From positions 1 through 64,000 of the forward strand of contig OY820591.1 in NCBI GenBank assembly GCA_963555985.3: a stretch of DNA of 64,000 nucleotides, read 5' to 3'. The translations under genes and the position numbers were made by a program. Numbering within the stretch: position 1 is the first letter of the stretch; the number at the start of each line of letters is the position of its first letter. Source of the DNA: Dehalococcoidia bacterium (GTDB lineage Bacteria > Chloroflexota > Dehalococcoidia > Bin125). Under the pieces are notes generated by a model that did no database searches, had not been told where the DNA came from, and saw only the letters and a program-made list of their open reading frames with translations. This document shows, in pieces, positions 18,704 through 29,156 of the stretch.

Positions 18704-19939
18704 TCACCCCACCAACCCCGGATACAGAATCTGTTTGATCTGACCGCGGAAATTGAACGTCCCCGAAGGCATGAACTGGGTCAGAAAGAGCACGATCAGC
18801 TCCTCCGCCGGATCGATCCAGAAGATCGTGCTGGCCGCGCCGCCCCAGTAGTACTCGCCGATCGAGCCGACGTTCTGGGTGCGGGCGAGATCCTGGAGCA
18901 CCGCGAAGCCGAGGCCGAAGCCGATCCCGTCGTTGGCGGTTTCGGAGAAGCTGCCCAGCGCTCGCTCCGACAGGTCCTCCCCGTTGGGGAGATGGTTGAG
19001 CGTCATCAGCTCGATCGTCTTCGGACCGAGCACCCGCGCGCCGTCCAATTCGCCCCCGTTGAGCAGCGCCTGGCAGAAGCGGTAGTAGTCGTTCGCCGTC
19101 GAGACCAGACCGCCGCCGCCGCTGTAGAAGGTTTGCGGCTGGGCATAGTGACTAGTGGCAGGATCGTCGAGCAGGAGAAGTTGCCTATCCGGACCGCGTT
19201 CGTAGTTGGCGGCGAAGCGGTCGATCTTCTCGGCAGGAACGTCGAACGCAGTGTCCTCCATGCCCAGCGGAGCGAAGATGTGCTCTTGCAGATACTCGTC
19301 GAAGCGCTGACCGCTAATCGTCTGCACTAGGTAGCCGCAGACATCGGTGGAAACCCCGTAGTTCCAGTTCTCCCCGGGCGAGAACTTGAGCGGCAACTCC
19401 GCCAGCCGGTCGATCATCGATTGCAGGTCGCGCCCGCGCATCGTGCCGGCCGAGTAGACGTCGGCCTTGTTGTAGGCCAGCTCCAACCCGCCCTCCATGA
19501 AGCCATACGTCAATCCGCTCTGGTGCGAGAGCAGGTCGCGGACGGACATCGAGCGCTCGGCGGGTTTGGTCGTGAAATTGGGCCACTCGCCGCCGCACAT
19601 GACCTGCAAGTCGCGCCACTGCGGGATAAAGCGGCTGACCGGATCGGTCAGCTGGAACATCCCGCGCTCGTGCAACTGCATCAGCGCCACCGACGTGATC
19701 GGCTTGGTCATCGAGTAGAAGCGAAAGATCGTATCGGTCGCCATCGGCTTGTTGCGCTCGCGATCCATCGCGCCCATCGCGGAGAGATGCGCGATCTCCC
19801 CGCGCCGCGCGATCAAGGTCAGGCACCCCGCGATCTTCTCCGGCTCGATGTAGCGGCTGAGTAGGTGCCCATCGAGCCGCGCCAGCGCCTCTACCGCAAT
19901 GCCGCTGCCGCCCACCGTCGCCTCGATCCTGGTGCTCAT
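18704..19939 (-). CDS. serine hydrolase (beta-lactamase/EstB family)
   Basis: FRFYSMTK (SxxK), LLSHQSG, WNYG, SGGGGL, WGGAAST. Confidence 0.92.
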   Translation of the reverse strand: MSTRIEATVGGSGIAVEALARLDGHLLSRYIEPEKIAGCLTLIARRGEIAHLSAMGAMDRERNKPMATDTIFRFYSMTKPITSVALMQLHERGMFQLTDPVSRFIPQWRDLQVMCGGEWPNFTTKPAERSMSVRDLLSHQSGLTYGFMEGGLELAYNKADVYSAGTMRGRDLQSMIDRLAELPLKFSPGENWNYGVSTDVCGYLVQTISGQRFDEYLQEHIFAPLGMEDTAFDVPAEKIDRFAANYERGPDRQLLLLDDPATSHYAQPQTFYSGGGGLVSTANDYYRFCQALLNGGELDGARVLGPKTIELMTLNHLPNGEDLSERALGSFSETANDGIGFGLGFAVLQDLARTQNVGSIGEYYWGGAASTIFWIDPAEELIVLFLTQFMPSGTFNFRGQIKQILYPGLVG

Positions 19940-20061
19940 CGCAACCGCCTTTCACGCGCACCTAGAATACGCCTGCATGGAGGAGCGGCCATGGCCGACT
20001 TCGACGAAATCGCCGTGCGCGAGCGCGAAACTCTAATCCAGCCGAATCGCAACACCAACGA

Positions 20062-21576
20062 ATGGAGACAACCATGACCGCCATCGCCCAGACCGAACAG
20101 GGCAACCTGCAGGGAGCGCAGGAGAACGGCCTCACCGTCTTCCGCGGCGTGCGCTACGCGCAAGCTCCGTTAGGTCAGTTGCGCTTTCGCGCACCGCAGC
20201 CGCCGGAGAGTTGGCAGGGCGTCCGCAGCGCCGAGGAGTTCGGGCCGATCGCCTTGCAGCGCCCGAACGAGGCGCTGGACGCGCTGGTCGGCGGCCTGCC
20301 CCAAGAGCAGGACGAAGACTGCCTCTACCTCAACATCTGGACACCCGGCCTCGACGACGCGCACCGACCGGTGATGGTCTGGATCCACGGCGGCGCCTTC
20401 ACGATCGGATCCGGCAGCGAGGGCTACTACGATGGCTCGAACCTCGCCTCGCGCGGCGACGTAGTCGTGGTCACGATCAACTACCGCCTGGGGGCATTCG
20501 GGTTCCTGCATCTGCCCGCGCTGGGCGAGACCAACTTCGGCATGAGAGATCAGGTCGCCGCGCTGCGCTGGGTGCAGCAGAACATCGCCAGCTTCGGCGG
20601 CGACCCCGACAACGTCTTGATCTTCGGCGAGTCCGCCGGCGGCATGAGCTGCGGCAGCCTGATGGCATCACCGGAGGCGAGCGGACTGTTCCACAAGGCC
20701 ATCCCTCAGAGCGGGGCCGGACATCACGGCATGGCGATCGAAACCGCCGAGGCCAACGGCCGCCAGTTCGCCGCCTTCCTCGGCGCCGATCCGGACGATG
20801 CAGATGCGATGCGCTCGGCCGATGCGGCGGACGTACTTGCGGCGTCCGTGCAACTCGAAGACTCGATGTTCCTGGCGATGGCCGAGGGCAAGCCGCCTGA
20901 GATGCCGCTGCGCCCGGTGATCGACGGCGCCTTCCTCGAAGCAATGCCGATCGACGCTATCCGCGGCGGACAGGCAGCCGCAGTCGCCACCTTGGTCGGC
21001 AACCTCGATGAAGAAGCGAAACTCTTCGGCGCGATGGTCCCGGGCGAGCCGCTGACCGAAGAAGACGTTGTCGCCCGGCTCGGCTTCATGCATCCCGACG
21101 GCGCCTCCGCCTACGAGCGCTACCGCGACGCGCGCGACGGCCGCGGCGAAGACGCCTCCGCGCCCGAGATCTTCGACGCCGTGCAAGGCGACTACACCTT
21201 CCGTGTGCCGACCGTGCGCCTCGCCGACGCCCAGGCCCCGCACAATCCCAACACCTACGTCTACCTGTTCGACTGGAAGTCGCCGGGCCTGGACGGCGCG
21301 CTCGGTTCCTGCCACGCGCTCGATATCCCCTTCGTCTTCGGTACCCACGGCAAAACGCCTGACTTCGCCGGCTCGGGTCCCGACGCCGACGCGCTCGCCG
21401 AAGCGACGATGGACGCCTGGCTCGCCTTCGCCCGCTCCGGCAACCCCTCCTCCGGTGGAGTCGATTGGCCCACCTGGAACTCGGACGAACAGCCGATCAC
21501 CGTGCTCGGACACGGCGTCCGCACCGAATCCGCCTTCCGCGCCGAAGAGATCGCCATCTGGGACGGCGTGCTCTAA
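20062..21576 (+). CDS. type-B carboxylesterase, paralog 1
   Basis: EDCLYLNIW, WIHGGAF, FGESAG, CHALD. Confidence 0.95.
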   Translation: METTMTAIAQTEQGNLQGAQENGLTVFRGVRYAQAPLGQLRFRAPQPPESWQGVRSAEEFGPIALQRPNEALDALVGGLPQEQDEDCLYLNIWTPGLDDAHRPVMVWIHGGAFTIGSGSEGYYDGSNLASRGDVVVVTINYRLGAFGFLHLPALGETNFGMRDQVAALRWVQQNIASFGGDPDNVLIFGESAGGMSCGSLMASPEASGLFHKAIPQSGAGHHGMAIETAEANGRQFAAFLGADPDDADAMRSADAADVLAASVQLEDSMFLAMAEGKPPEMPLRPVIDGAFLEAMPIDAIRGGQAAAVATLVGNLDEEAKLFGAMVPGEPLTEEDVVARLGFMHPDGASAYERYRDARDGRGEDASAPEIFDAVQGDYTFRVPTVRLADAQAPHNPNTYVYLFDWKSPGLDGALGSCHALDIPFVFGTHGKTPDFAGSGPDADALAEATMDAWLAFARSGNPSSGGVDWPTWNSDEQPITVLGHGVRTESAFRAEEIAIWDGVL

Positions 21577-21609
21577 CACCGACCCACAACGAACGAACAG
21601 GAAATCACG

Positions 21610-23136
21610 ATGAGCGCAACCGCACAAACCACCGCCGGCAAGATCGAAGGAACCCAAGAAAACGGACTCTGCGTCTTCCGCGGCATCCCCTTCGCTGCCC
21701 CACCCGTCGGCGACCTCCGCTTCAAAGCCCCCCAACCGGTCGAACCCTGGGACGGCGTCCGCGAGACCAAGTCCTTCGGATCCATCTCACTCCAAGCCCC
21801 CAACGAGATGCTGGAAGCCCTGCTGCCAGTCTCCGACCCGCCCCAACCCCAGAGCGAAGACTGCCTCTACCTCAACGTCTGGACACCCGGCTTGGACGGC
21901 GCGCGCCCGGTCATGGTCTGGATCCACGGCGGAGCCTTCACGATCGGCTCCGGCAGCGAGGACTACTACGACGGCGCCAACCTCGCCGCGCGCGGCGATG
22001 TCGTCATCGTCACGATCAACTACCGGCTCGGCGCGCTCGGCTTCCTCAACCTGCCCGCCCTCGGCCAGACCAACTTCGGCATGAGAGATCAGGTCGCCGC
22101 GCTCAAGTGGGTCCAGGACAACATCGCCAACTTCGGCGGCAACCCCGACAACGTCACCATCTTCGGCGAGTCCGCCGGCGGCATGAGCGTCGCCTCGCTC
22201 ATGGCCTCACCGGAGGCCGCTGGCCTCTTCCAGAAGGCGATCCCCCAGAGCGGCGCCGCCCACAACGCCCTCAGCAACGAGGAAACCAACGCCACCGCGA
22301 TCAAGTTCTGCAAGGCGTTGGGTATCGATCCGGACGACGTGGACGCGCTGATGGCCGCCGACCCGGCAGACATCCTCGCCGCCTCGGTCGCAGTCGATCC
22401 GATCGCCAGCGCCGAATCAGCCTCCGACATGGCAGACGCCGGCGCGTCCCCGACCCCGCAAATGCCGTTCCAACCCGTCATTGACGGCGCCTTCCTCTCC
22501 TCAATGCCGATCGACCACATCCGCGACGGCTCCGCCGACGGAGTCGCCACCCTGGTCGGCTCGCTCGATGAAGAGATGAAGCTGCTTGCCGCCGCCGGAC
22601 CGGCCGAGCCAATGACTGAGGAGGCGGTCACCGCGATGTTCGGGATGATGCATCCCGACCCCGCCTCCGCCTTCGCCACCTACCGCGCCGCCCGGCGCGA
22701 GCGCGGCGAGGACGACTCGCCGGGCGAGATCTTCGTCGCCGCGATCGGCGACGTCATGCTCCGCGTTCCCGGTCTCCGTCTGGCCGACGCCCAGACCTCC
22801 CGCGCACCCACCTACGCCTACCTCTTCGACTGGAAGTCCCCCGGCATGAACGGCGCGCTCGGCTCCTGCCACGCGCTGGAACTCCCCTTCGTCTTCGGCA
22901 CGCACGCCTTGGCCCCCGACTTCGCCGGTGCGGGACCGGCAGCCGACGCATTTGCAGAAGCGACGATGGATACCTGGCTCGCCTTCGCCCGAACAGGCAA
23001 TCCCGCCAACGACTCCGCCGAGGCGCCCTCCTGGGACAGCGAGACCAAGCCAATCATGGTCTTGGGCGACAACGTCCGCGTCGAGCACGCCTGGCGAGAC
23101 GCCGAAATCAGCGTCTGGGACGAGGTGATCTCCTAG
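21610..23136 (+). CDS. type-B carboxylesterase, paralog 2
   Basis: EDCLYLNVW, FGESAG, CHALE. Confidence 0.95.
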   Translation: MSATAQTTAGKIEGTQENGLCVFRGIPFAAPPVGDLRFKAPQPVEPWDGVRETKSFGSISLQAPNEMLEALLPVSDPPQPQSEDCLYLNVWTPGLDGARPVMVWIHGGAFTIGSGSEDYYDGANLAARGDVVIVTINYRLGALGFLNLPALGQTNFGMRDQVAALKWVQDNIANFGGNPDNVTIFGESAGGMSVASLMASPEAAGLFQKAIPQSGAAHNALSNEETNATAIKFCKALGIDPDDVDALMAADPADILAASVAVDPIASAESASDMADAGASPTPQMPFQPVIDGAFLSSMPIDHIRDGSADGVATLVGSLDEEMKLLAAAGPAEPMTEEAVTAMFGMMHPDPASAFATYRAARRERGEDDSPGEIFVAAIGDVMLRVPGLRLADAQTSRAPTYAYLFDWKSPGMNGALGSCHALELPFVFGTHALAPDFAGAGPAADAFAEATMDTWLAFARTGNPANDSAEAPSWDSETKPIMVLGDNVRVEHAWRDAEISVWDEVIS

Positions 23137-23149
23137 ACCGGCTCAAAAA

Positions 23150-23380
23150 AAACCCTCCCCCCGCACTGCGGAGCCTGTCCCTGCATAGAGAGGCCTTTGC
23201 AAAATCCCCATATCCGTCATTCCCGCGCAGGCGGGAATCCATGCGGCGTATCAAGTGGGACGTGGATTCCCGCGTTCGCGGGAATGACAAAACGCGCAGA
23301 CCGGGGACTTTCGCAAAGTTCTCCGTAGGCGGGGAAGTAGCCTGTCCCCGCGCAGGCGGGGAACAGAGGGGGGTCCGGCC
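23150..23380. mobile_element. Nested REP/MITE cluster (MITE about 23188-23324 carrying two inverted ATTCCC-N8-GGGAAT units)
   Basis: Ends GAGGCCTTTGCAAAA / TTTCGCAAAGTTCTC, flanked by CATA/CGTA inside a CCTGTCCC...GGCGGGG palindrome. Confidence 0.75.
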
Positions 23381-23433
23381 AACCTGAGCACCGCACACTC
23401 ATCACAGCACAGATCACGACGGACGCAACTGAG

Positions 23434-24936
23434 ATGACCATCGCCCAAACCGCCGCCGGCAAGCTACGCGGCAGCCAGGAACACGACCTCCACGTCCTCC
23501 GAGCCATCCCCTACGCCGCACCGCCGCTCGGTGACCTCCGCTTCCGCGCCCCCCAGCCGCACCCAAGTTGGTCAGGTGTCCGCGACGCAACCGAGTTCGG
23601 CCCGATCGCGATCCAGGAGAGCATGGAAGCCTTGGAGGCGCTGCTCCCCGCGCCGCCGCAGCCGCAGAGCGAGGACTGCCTCTTCCTCAACCTCTGGACA
23701 CCCGGCCTCGACCAAGCCGCACGCCCGGTCATGGTCTGGATTCACGGCGGCAGCTTCACCCAGGGCTCCGGCAGCGAGCCGCTCTATCTAGGTGCAAACC
23801 TGGCCCGGCGCGGCGATGTCGTCGTAGTCACGATCAACTACCGCCTCGGCGTCCTCGGATTCCTGCACGAGCCAACCCTGGGCGAGACCAACTTCGGGAT
23901 GCGCGACATGATCGCCGCCCTCCGCTGGGTGCGGGACAACATCGCCAACTTCGGCGGCGACCCCGGCAACGTCACCATCTTCGGCGAGTCGGCCGGCGGC
24001 GCGGCCGTGGCCTGCCTGCTCGTCTCGCCCGAGGCGCAAGGACTCGTGCATCGCGCGATCGGCATGAGCACTGCCGGCGATCACGGCATCCTCTTCGAGG
24101 GAACCCAGCCAACCACCGACCAACTCTACGAGCAGCTTGGGATCGATGAAGGCAGCCCCGAACTCCTGCGCAGTCTGCCCGTCGCCGACCTGCTTGGCGC
24201 GCAAGCCGCACTGGAAGCGGCCTCGTTCGAGAACCTGGGCGAGATGTGGTCGCTGCGACTCCCGTTCGGCCCCGTCATTGACGGCGCATTCCTGACCGCG
24301 CCGCCGCTTAACTCCGCCGCCACTGCGAGCGCGGCAAACGGTGTCCCATTCCTCTCTGGCAACCCCGACGAAGAAATGAAGCTAATCCGCGCCATGATGC
24401 CGCCCGAGCAGCTCAGCGAAGCCGACGTACTGGCACGCCTCGAGCGGATCCCCGGCGGCGCGCAGCGGGTCTACGAGGCCTACCGCGACGCCCGCGCAGC
24501 CCGCGCCGAATCCAGCACGCCCGACGACATCCTCGACGCCATCGCCAGCGACTGGATCGAGATCATGCCCTCGCTGCGCTTCGCCGACGCCTGGTCGCGC
24601 GGCGGCGCGCCCACCTTCGGCTACACGCTCGACTGGAAGTCGCCCATGAATGACGGCGCGCTGGGATCGTCCCACGCCCTCGATATCCCCTTCGCCTTCG
24701 GCACCCACACCCACGCCCCCGAGTTCGCCGGAACCGGCCCCGCCGCCGACGCCCTCGCCAACACCATGATGGACATCTGGGCCGCCTTCGCCCGAACCGG
24801 CAACCCATCCATCAACGGACTGGAGTGGCCCCTATACGATCCGGACACCCGCGCCCAGATGATGCTCGGCCCCAACCTGCGCGTCGAGCGACACTGGCGA
24901 GCACAAGAGCGCACCGTCTGGGACGGCGTCTTCTAG
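23434..24936 (+). CDS. type-B carboxylesterase, paralog 3
   Basis: EDCLFLNLW, FGESAG, SHALD. Confidence 0.95.
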   Translation: MTIAQTAAGKLRGSQEHDLHVLRAIPYAAPPLGDLRFRAPQPHPSWSGVRDATEFGPIAIQESMEALEALLPAPPQPQSEDCLFLNLWTPGLDQAARPVMVWIHGGSFTQGSGSEPLYLGANLARRGDVVVVTINYRLGVLGFLHEPTLGETNFGMRDMIAALRWVRDNIANFGGDPGNVTIFGESAGGAAVACLLVSPEAQGLVHRAIGMSTAGDHGILFEGTQPTTDQLYEQLGIDEGSPELLRSLPVADLLGAQAALEAASFENLGEMWSLRLPFGPVIDGAFLTAPPLNSAATASAANGVPFLSGNPDEEMKLIRAMMPPEQLSEADVLARLERIPGGAQRVYEAYRDARAARAESSTPDDILDAIASDWIEIMPSLRFADAWSRGGAPTFGYTLDWKSPMNDGALGSSHALDIPFAFGTHTHAPEFAGTGPAADALANTMMDIWAAFARTGNPSINGLEWPLYDPDTRAQMMLGPNLRVERHWRAQERTVWDGVF

Positions 24937-24973
24937 GTCTTGTTCAGATTGAGCGCCGCGCCCGCAAGGACTC

Positions 24974-25004
24974 CGTCATACCCGCGCTCCGTCGCGGGTA
25001 TCTC
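24974..25004. repeat. dRS3/REP-like palindrome variant (CGTCATACCCGCG...CGCGGGTATCTC)
   Basis: Near-copies at 27392-27421 and 34542-34571. Confidence 0.7.
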
Positions 25005-25137
25005 GCGGAACTCGGCACTGACCTCCCGATTTGCAGGAATGCTGTCCGCATCACAGCATTTGCGAGCAGCATCGTGCGCCCGTTTGCATCGTAGAATCCA
25101 CGCAGACCCACAACGCGACCACAACGGAGGCGCAATC

Positions 25138-26670
25138 ATGGCCATCGCAGAAACCACCGCAGGCAAAGTATCGGGCGCGACCGAAGACGTAATCGAGGTC
25201 TTCCGCGGCATCCCCTTCGCCGCTCCGCCCGTGGGCGAACTGCGCTTCCGCGCCCCGCAGCCGCATCCCGGCTGGGAGGGCGTGCGCGACGCCACCGACT
25301 ACGGCCCGATCTCGTTGCAAATGCCGAACGAGGGACTGGAGGCGCTGCTCCCCTCGGAGCCGCAGCCCCAGGACGAGGACTGCCTCTTCCTCAACATCTG
25401 GACGCCCGGCGTCGACGACGGTCGCCGCCCGGTGCTGGTCTGGATCCACGGCGGCGGCTTCACCATTGGTTCGGGCAGCGAGGCCTACTACGAGGGCGCC
25501 AAGCTGGCGACCCGTGGCGACGTCGTGGTCGTGACGATCAACTACCGCCTCGGCGCGCTTGGCTTCCTGCATGTTCCGGCGCTGGGCGAGACCAACTTCG
25601 GGATGCGCGACCAGGCTTTCGCCTTGCAGTGGGTGCGCGACAACATCGCCAACTTCGGCGGCGACCCCGGCAACGTCACCATCTTCGGCGAATCCGCCGG
25701 CGGCATGAGCGTCGCCGTGCTGATGGGTTCGCCGGAGGCGGCCGGCCTGTTCCACAAGGCGATCCCCCAGAGCGGGGCCGGCTCGAACGCGAACTCGCTC
25801 GACGACGCCGAAGCGACCGGCGCCAAGTTCCTCGAGCTGCTCGGCGTGGAAGCCGACGATCTCGATGCGCTGCGCGCAGTCCCCGCCGAGTCCATTCTCG
25901 CGGCGCAGGGCCAGCTGGAGCTAGCCACGTTCGCCGAGATGGCCGAAGGCGAAATGCCCAGGATGGGCTTCTCCCCGGTCGTCGACGGAGAGTTCCTCAC
26001 CGAGATCCCGGTCGACGCCGTCGCGAACGGGCAGTCGGCATCGGTCAACGCGCTGATCGGTCACCTCGACGAGGAATGGAAGCTCTTCACCGCGATCATC
26101 CCGAGCGATCCGGCCAACGAGGAAGATGTGGTCCAACGGCTAACGGCGATGGGCCTGGACGGCCGCCGCGCCTACGACGTCTACCGCGATGCGCGCTCGA
26201 GCCGTTCGGAGCCGGCCGATCCCGGAGACATCTTCGAGGCCGCCGCCGGTGACAGTCTGTTCGGCATCCCCGCCGTGCGTCTCGCCGACGCGCAGTCCTC
26301 GCAGCAGCCGGGCACCTATATGTACCTCTTCGACTGGAAGTCGCCGGGGCTCAACGGCGCGCTCGGCGCTTGCCATGCGCTCGATATCCCCTTCGTCTTC
26401 GGTACCTACGAAGACGCGCCCGACTTCGCCGGTTCCGGACCGGAGGCCGACGCGCTCGCCGAGACCGTGATGGACGCCTGGCTCGCCTTCGCCCGCAGCG
26501 GCAATCCCTCGACCGAAGCCACCGACTTCCCCGCCTACGACGCCGAGACCCGCCCACAACTCGTCTTCGGAGAAAACGTCCGCGTCGAGCACAACTGGCG
26601 CGCCGAGGAACGCGCAGTCTGGGAAGGCGTCGACCTCCAAAATCGCCGCCCAGCCGAGGTCGCCGACTGA
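25138..26670 (+). CDS. type-B carboxylesterase, paralog 4
   Basis: GGAGG RBS; EDCLFLNIW, FGESAG, CHALD. Confidence 0.95.
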   Translation: MAIAETTAGKVSGATEDVIEVFRGIPFAAPPVGELRFRAPQPHPGWEGVRDATDYGPISLQMPNEGLEALLPSEPQPQDEDCLFLNIWTPGVDDGRRPVLVWIHGGGFTIGSGSEAYYEGAKLATRGDVVVVTINYRLGALGFLHVPALGETNFGMRDQAFALQWVRDNIANFGGDPGNVTIFGESAGGMSVAVLMGSPEAAGLFHKAIPQSGAGSNANSLDDAEATGAKFLELLGVEADDLDALRAVPAESILAAQGQLELATFAEMAEGEMPRMGFSPVVDGEFLTEIPVDAVANGQSASVNALIGHLDEEWKLFTAIIPSDPANEEDVVQRLTAMGLDGRRAYDVYRDARSSRSEPADPGDIFEAAAGDSLFGIPAVRLADAQSSQQPGTYMYLFDWKSPGLNGALGACHALDIPFVFGTYEDAPDFAGSGPEADALAETVMDAWLAFARSGNPSTEATDFPAYDAETRPQLVFGENVRVEHNWRAEERAVWEGVDLQNRRPAEVAD

Positions 26671-26711
26671 GCCAAGCCGAGGGCATCGCCGCCAAACGAG
26701 AGGGCAGCCTC

Positions 26712-27344
26712 GTGGAGCATCTCAAACGGCTCATCCGACCCTTCTTCGCCACCCGCCGACGCGCAGTCGCCACCGTCACCGTCGTCATCGCCGCCGCCAT
26801 CCCCCTGCTCCTCCTGGCCGGCTGGTTAATCCGCCCGCTGTTCGTGGACACGGTCGTGGACGAATCCTTCCCGCTCAGCGCCGACGCCGTCGTGCCCGAA
26901 GGAATCACCCAGGACGAAGCGCGAGTGATGATGTCGACCGCAAGCAAACTCGAAAACGAAGTCTCGGAAACGATGACCGAGGCCATGACCGCCGCCACCG
27001 CACTCAAGACCGGCACGTTCGTCGACGGCGACGCCTTCCACAAGGGCTCCGGCACGGCCACGATCTACCAACTCGAAGACGGCTCCCACGTCCTCCGCTT
27101 CGAGGACTTCAACGTCACCAACGGCCCCGATCTGCGAGTCCTGGTCAGTCCCCATCCCAACCCCGAAGGCCGCGGCGACATCGCCGACGCCGGCTACATC
27201 GAACTGGACAAGCTCAAGGGCAACGTCGGTAACCAGAACTACTTCTTCCCCGAAGGCGTCGATCCCGCCGAATACAACTCGGTGATCATCTACTGCAAAC
27301 CCTTCCGAGTAGTCTTCAGCGTCGCCGCCCTCAACAAGAGCTAG
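26712..27344 (+). CDS. membrane-anchored DM13 domain protein
   Basis: N-terminal TM; GTF...H.GSG.A, NGPDL.V, LKGN.GNQNY, IYC..F.V.F. Confidence 0.85.
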   Translation: MEHLKRLIRPFFATRRRAVATVTVVIAAAIPLLLLAGWLIRPLFVDTVVDESFPLSADAVVPEGITQDEARVMMSTASKLENEVSETMTEAMTAATALKTGTFVDGDAFHKGSGTATIYQLEDGSHVLRFEDFNVTNGPDLRVLVSPHPNPEGRGDIADAGYIELDKLKGNVGNQNYFFPEGVDPAEYNSVIIYCKPFRVVFSVAALNKS

Positions 27345-27448
27345 CAGACCACTGCAAAAGTCCGCTCCCCTCTCCCTCGCACCCGCAATACCGTCATACC
27401 CGCGCTTGCCGCGGGTATCTCGACGAGTCCTGCACCAACGCCCCAACC

Positions 27449-27725
27449 CCAACTGTCACCCCCGCAACATCCCCGACAAACCCGGACCCGCCACAGAACA
27501 CCAGTCCATATACGATCAACCGCACCCACCACCAACGGAACCCGCCATGACCGCCAACACCCAATCTGGACAGACCTGGACAAACCTGTACGCACACCCC
27601 CAATTCCGCTCCAAACAGCCCCAAATCCAGCCGGATCTAGCCAAATCTGGACTTTTCCGGACTACCTAGCACCCAATTCCCCACCTACGGCCGCGAATTC
27701 GCCTCACCCGTCCAGAAATTCCCGA
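27449..27725 (+). other. Dispersed element copy 2 (LexA-like box, 40-codon mini-ORF, 10-bp phased repeats)
   Basis: GAAC-ACCA-GTCC at 27496-27507; TACGAT -10-like hexamer; ATG at 27547; repeats at 27561-27590 and 27621-27660. Confidence 0.7.
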
Positions 27726-27774
27726 CTGGTCTGAGCAATCACGAAATCAGGGCGAGCCCCGGCGCAAACACGCC

Positions 27775-28458
27775 CTAGCGCGTCGGCGCGAGCTGGGCTT
27801 GAGCGCTGCGCCAGTCGGCCAGGAAGGCTTCGATGCCCCTGTCGGTCAAGGGGTGCTTCAGCATCTGTTCGAGCACGCCGAAGGGCAGGGTGGCGATGTG
27901 CGCCCCGGCGAGCGCAGCCTCGGCCGAGTGCTGCGGACCGCGCAGGCTCGCCGCGATCACCTGCGCCGGCAGGTGGTATTGGTCGAGCACCTGCACGCAA
28001 TCGCGCACCAACTGCATCCCGTCGTGGCCGATGTCGTCGAGTCGTCCCACGAACGGCGACACATACGCCGCGCCCGCCCGCGCCGCGAGCAACGCCTGGT
28101 TGAGCGAGAAGATCAGGGTCGTGTTGACCTGAACCCCCTGCTCGGACACACGGTGGATCGCCCCCAGACCCGCTGCGTCGATCGGAATCTTGACCACCAC
28201 CCGCTCGTGCCAGGAGGCCAGCTCGAGCGCTTCCGCAACCAGCTCATCTTCGCTCCGCGAAACGCATTCGGCCGAGATCGGCCCGGCCACGATCTCGGCG
28301 ATCCGCAGGATGCGCTCGCGGTACTGAAGCGCCCCCGAACCCTCACGCGCGACCGCGCGGGCATGGAGCGACGGATTCGTGGTCACACCGTCGCAGACGC
28401 CCCAGCGGACGGCCTGCTCAATCTCGTCAAGATGAGCAGTGTCGAGGAAGATACGCAT
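27775..28458 (-). CDS. fsa: transaldolase / fructose-6-phosphate aldolase (short type)
   Basis: IFLDTA, GVTTNPS, VVKIP, YVSPFVGRLDD, HPLTD.G. Confidence 0.92.
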   Translation of the reverse strand: MRIFLDTAHLDEIEQAVRWGVCDGVTTNPSLHARAVAREGSGALQYRERILRIAEIVAGPISAECVSRSEDELVAEALELASWHERVVVKIPIDAAGLGAIHRVSEQGVQVNTTLIFSLNQALLAARAGAAYVSPFVGRLDDIGHDGMQLVRDCVQVLDQYHLPAQVIAASLRGPQHSAEAALAGAHIATLPFGVLEQMLKHPLTDRGIEAFLADWRSAQAQLAPTR

Positions 28459-28469
28459 TGAAGTTCCTT

Positions 28470-28665
28470 TCTCTCTCCCCGCATCGCGGAGCCTGTCCCC
28501 GCGAAGGGAGGCCGTTGCAAAACTCCCATCTCCGTCATTCCCGCGCAAGCGGGAATCCATCCAGCGTATCGAGTGGGATGTGGATTCTCGCTTTCGCGGA
28601 AATGACGAAACGCGCAACTCGAGGACTTCCGCAAAGCCCTCCGAAGACGGGGAACAGAGGGAGGC
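28470..28665. mobile_element. Nested REP/MITE cluster
   Basis: GAGGCCGTTGCAAAA...CCGCAAAGCCCTC flanked by CGAA on both sides; interior homologous to 23190-23320. Confidence 0.75.
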
Positions 28666-28679
28666 GCAAAACCGCCGCC

Positions 28680-29156
28680 CTACGGCTGCAAGGTAACGAG
28701 CGCCGCCTGCACAGGCAGAAGGACGCACATAAGCACGGCAAACACCAGCGGCCCCCGATCATCCAGCGCGTCCTGGAGTTCCGCCGAGATGCGCCCGGTC
28801 TTGCGCGCCTGCAACGACAGCAGCCGCATCCGCCGCAACCCGGCGAACATCCCAGGCACCAGCACGAAGAGCGCGAGCAGGTAGAGAATTTCCACTGCCA
28901 AGAGCCAGCCGGTGCCAATCGGATCGACCTGCTCGGAGATGATCCCCCAGATCGCGCCCACTACGCCCACACCGATGATCCCGGGCAGCAGCAACCGCGT
29001 ATGCGCACGGTCGGCCAACTGGCAGAGCACGTGCCGTTCGAGATGGTCGTCGGCCGCCCAGGCGCGAACCAACGTGAGCGTGAGCGCACCCACTCCGATG
29101 GCGTAGAGCAGAGCGGACAGCGACCAGAAGAAGCGGAGAATATCGTCGGCGCTCAT
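28680..29156 (-). CDS. small membrane protein (DUF2269-like)
   Basis: Four hydrophobic segments ending LVTLQP; overlaps the pyrG stop. Confidence 0.6.
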   Translation of the reverse strand: MSADDILRFFWSLSALLYAIGVGALTLTLVRAWAADDHLERHVLCQLADRAHTRLLLPGIIGVGVVGAIWGIISEQVDPIGTGWLLAVEILYLLALFVLVPGMFAGLRRMRLLSLQARKTGRISAELQDALDDRGPLVFAVLMCVLLPVQAALVTLQP

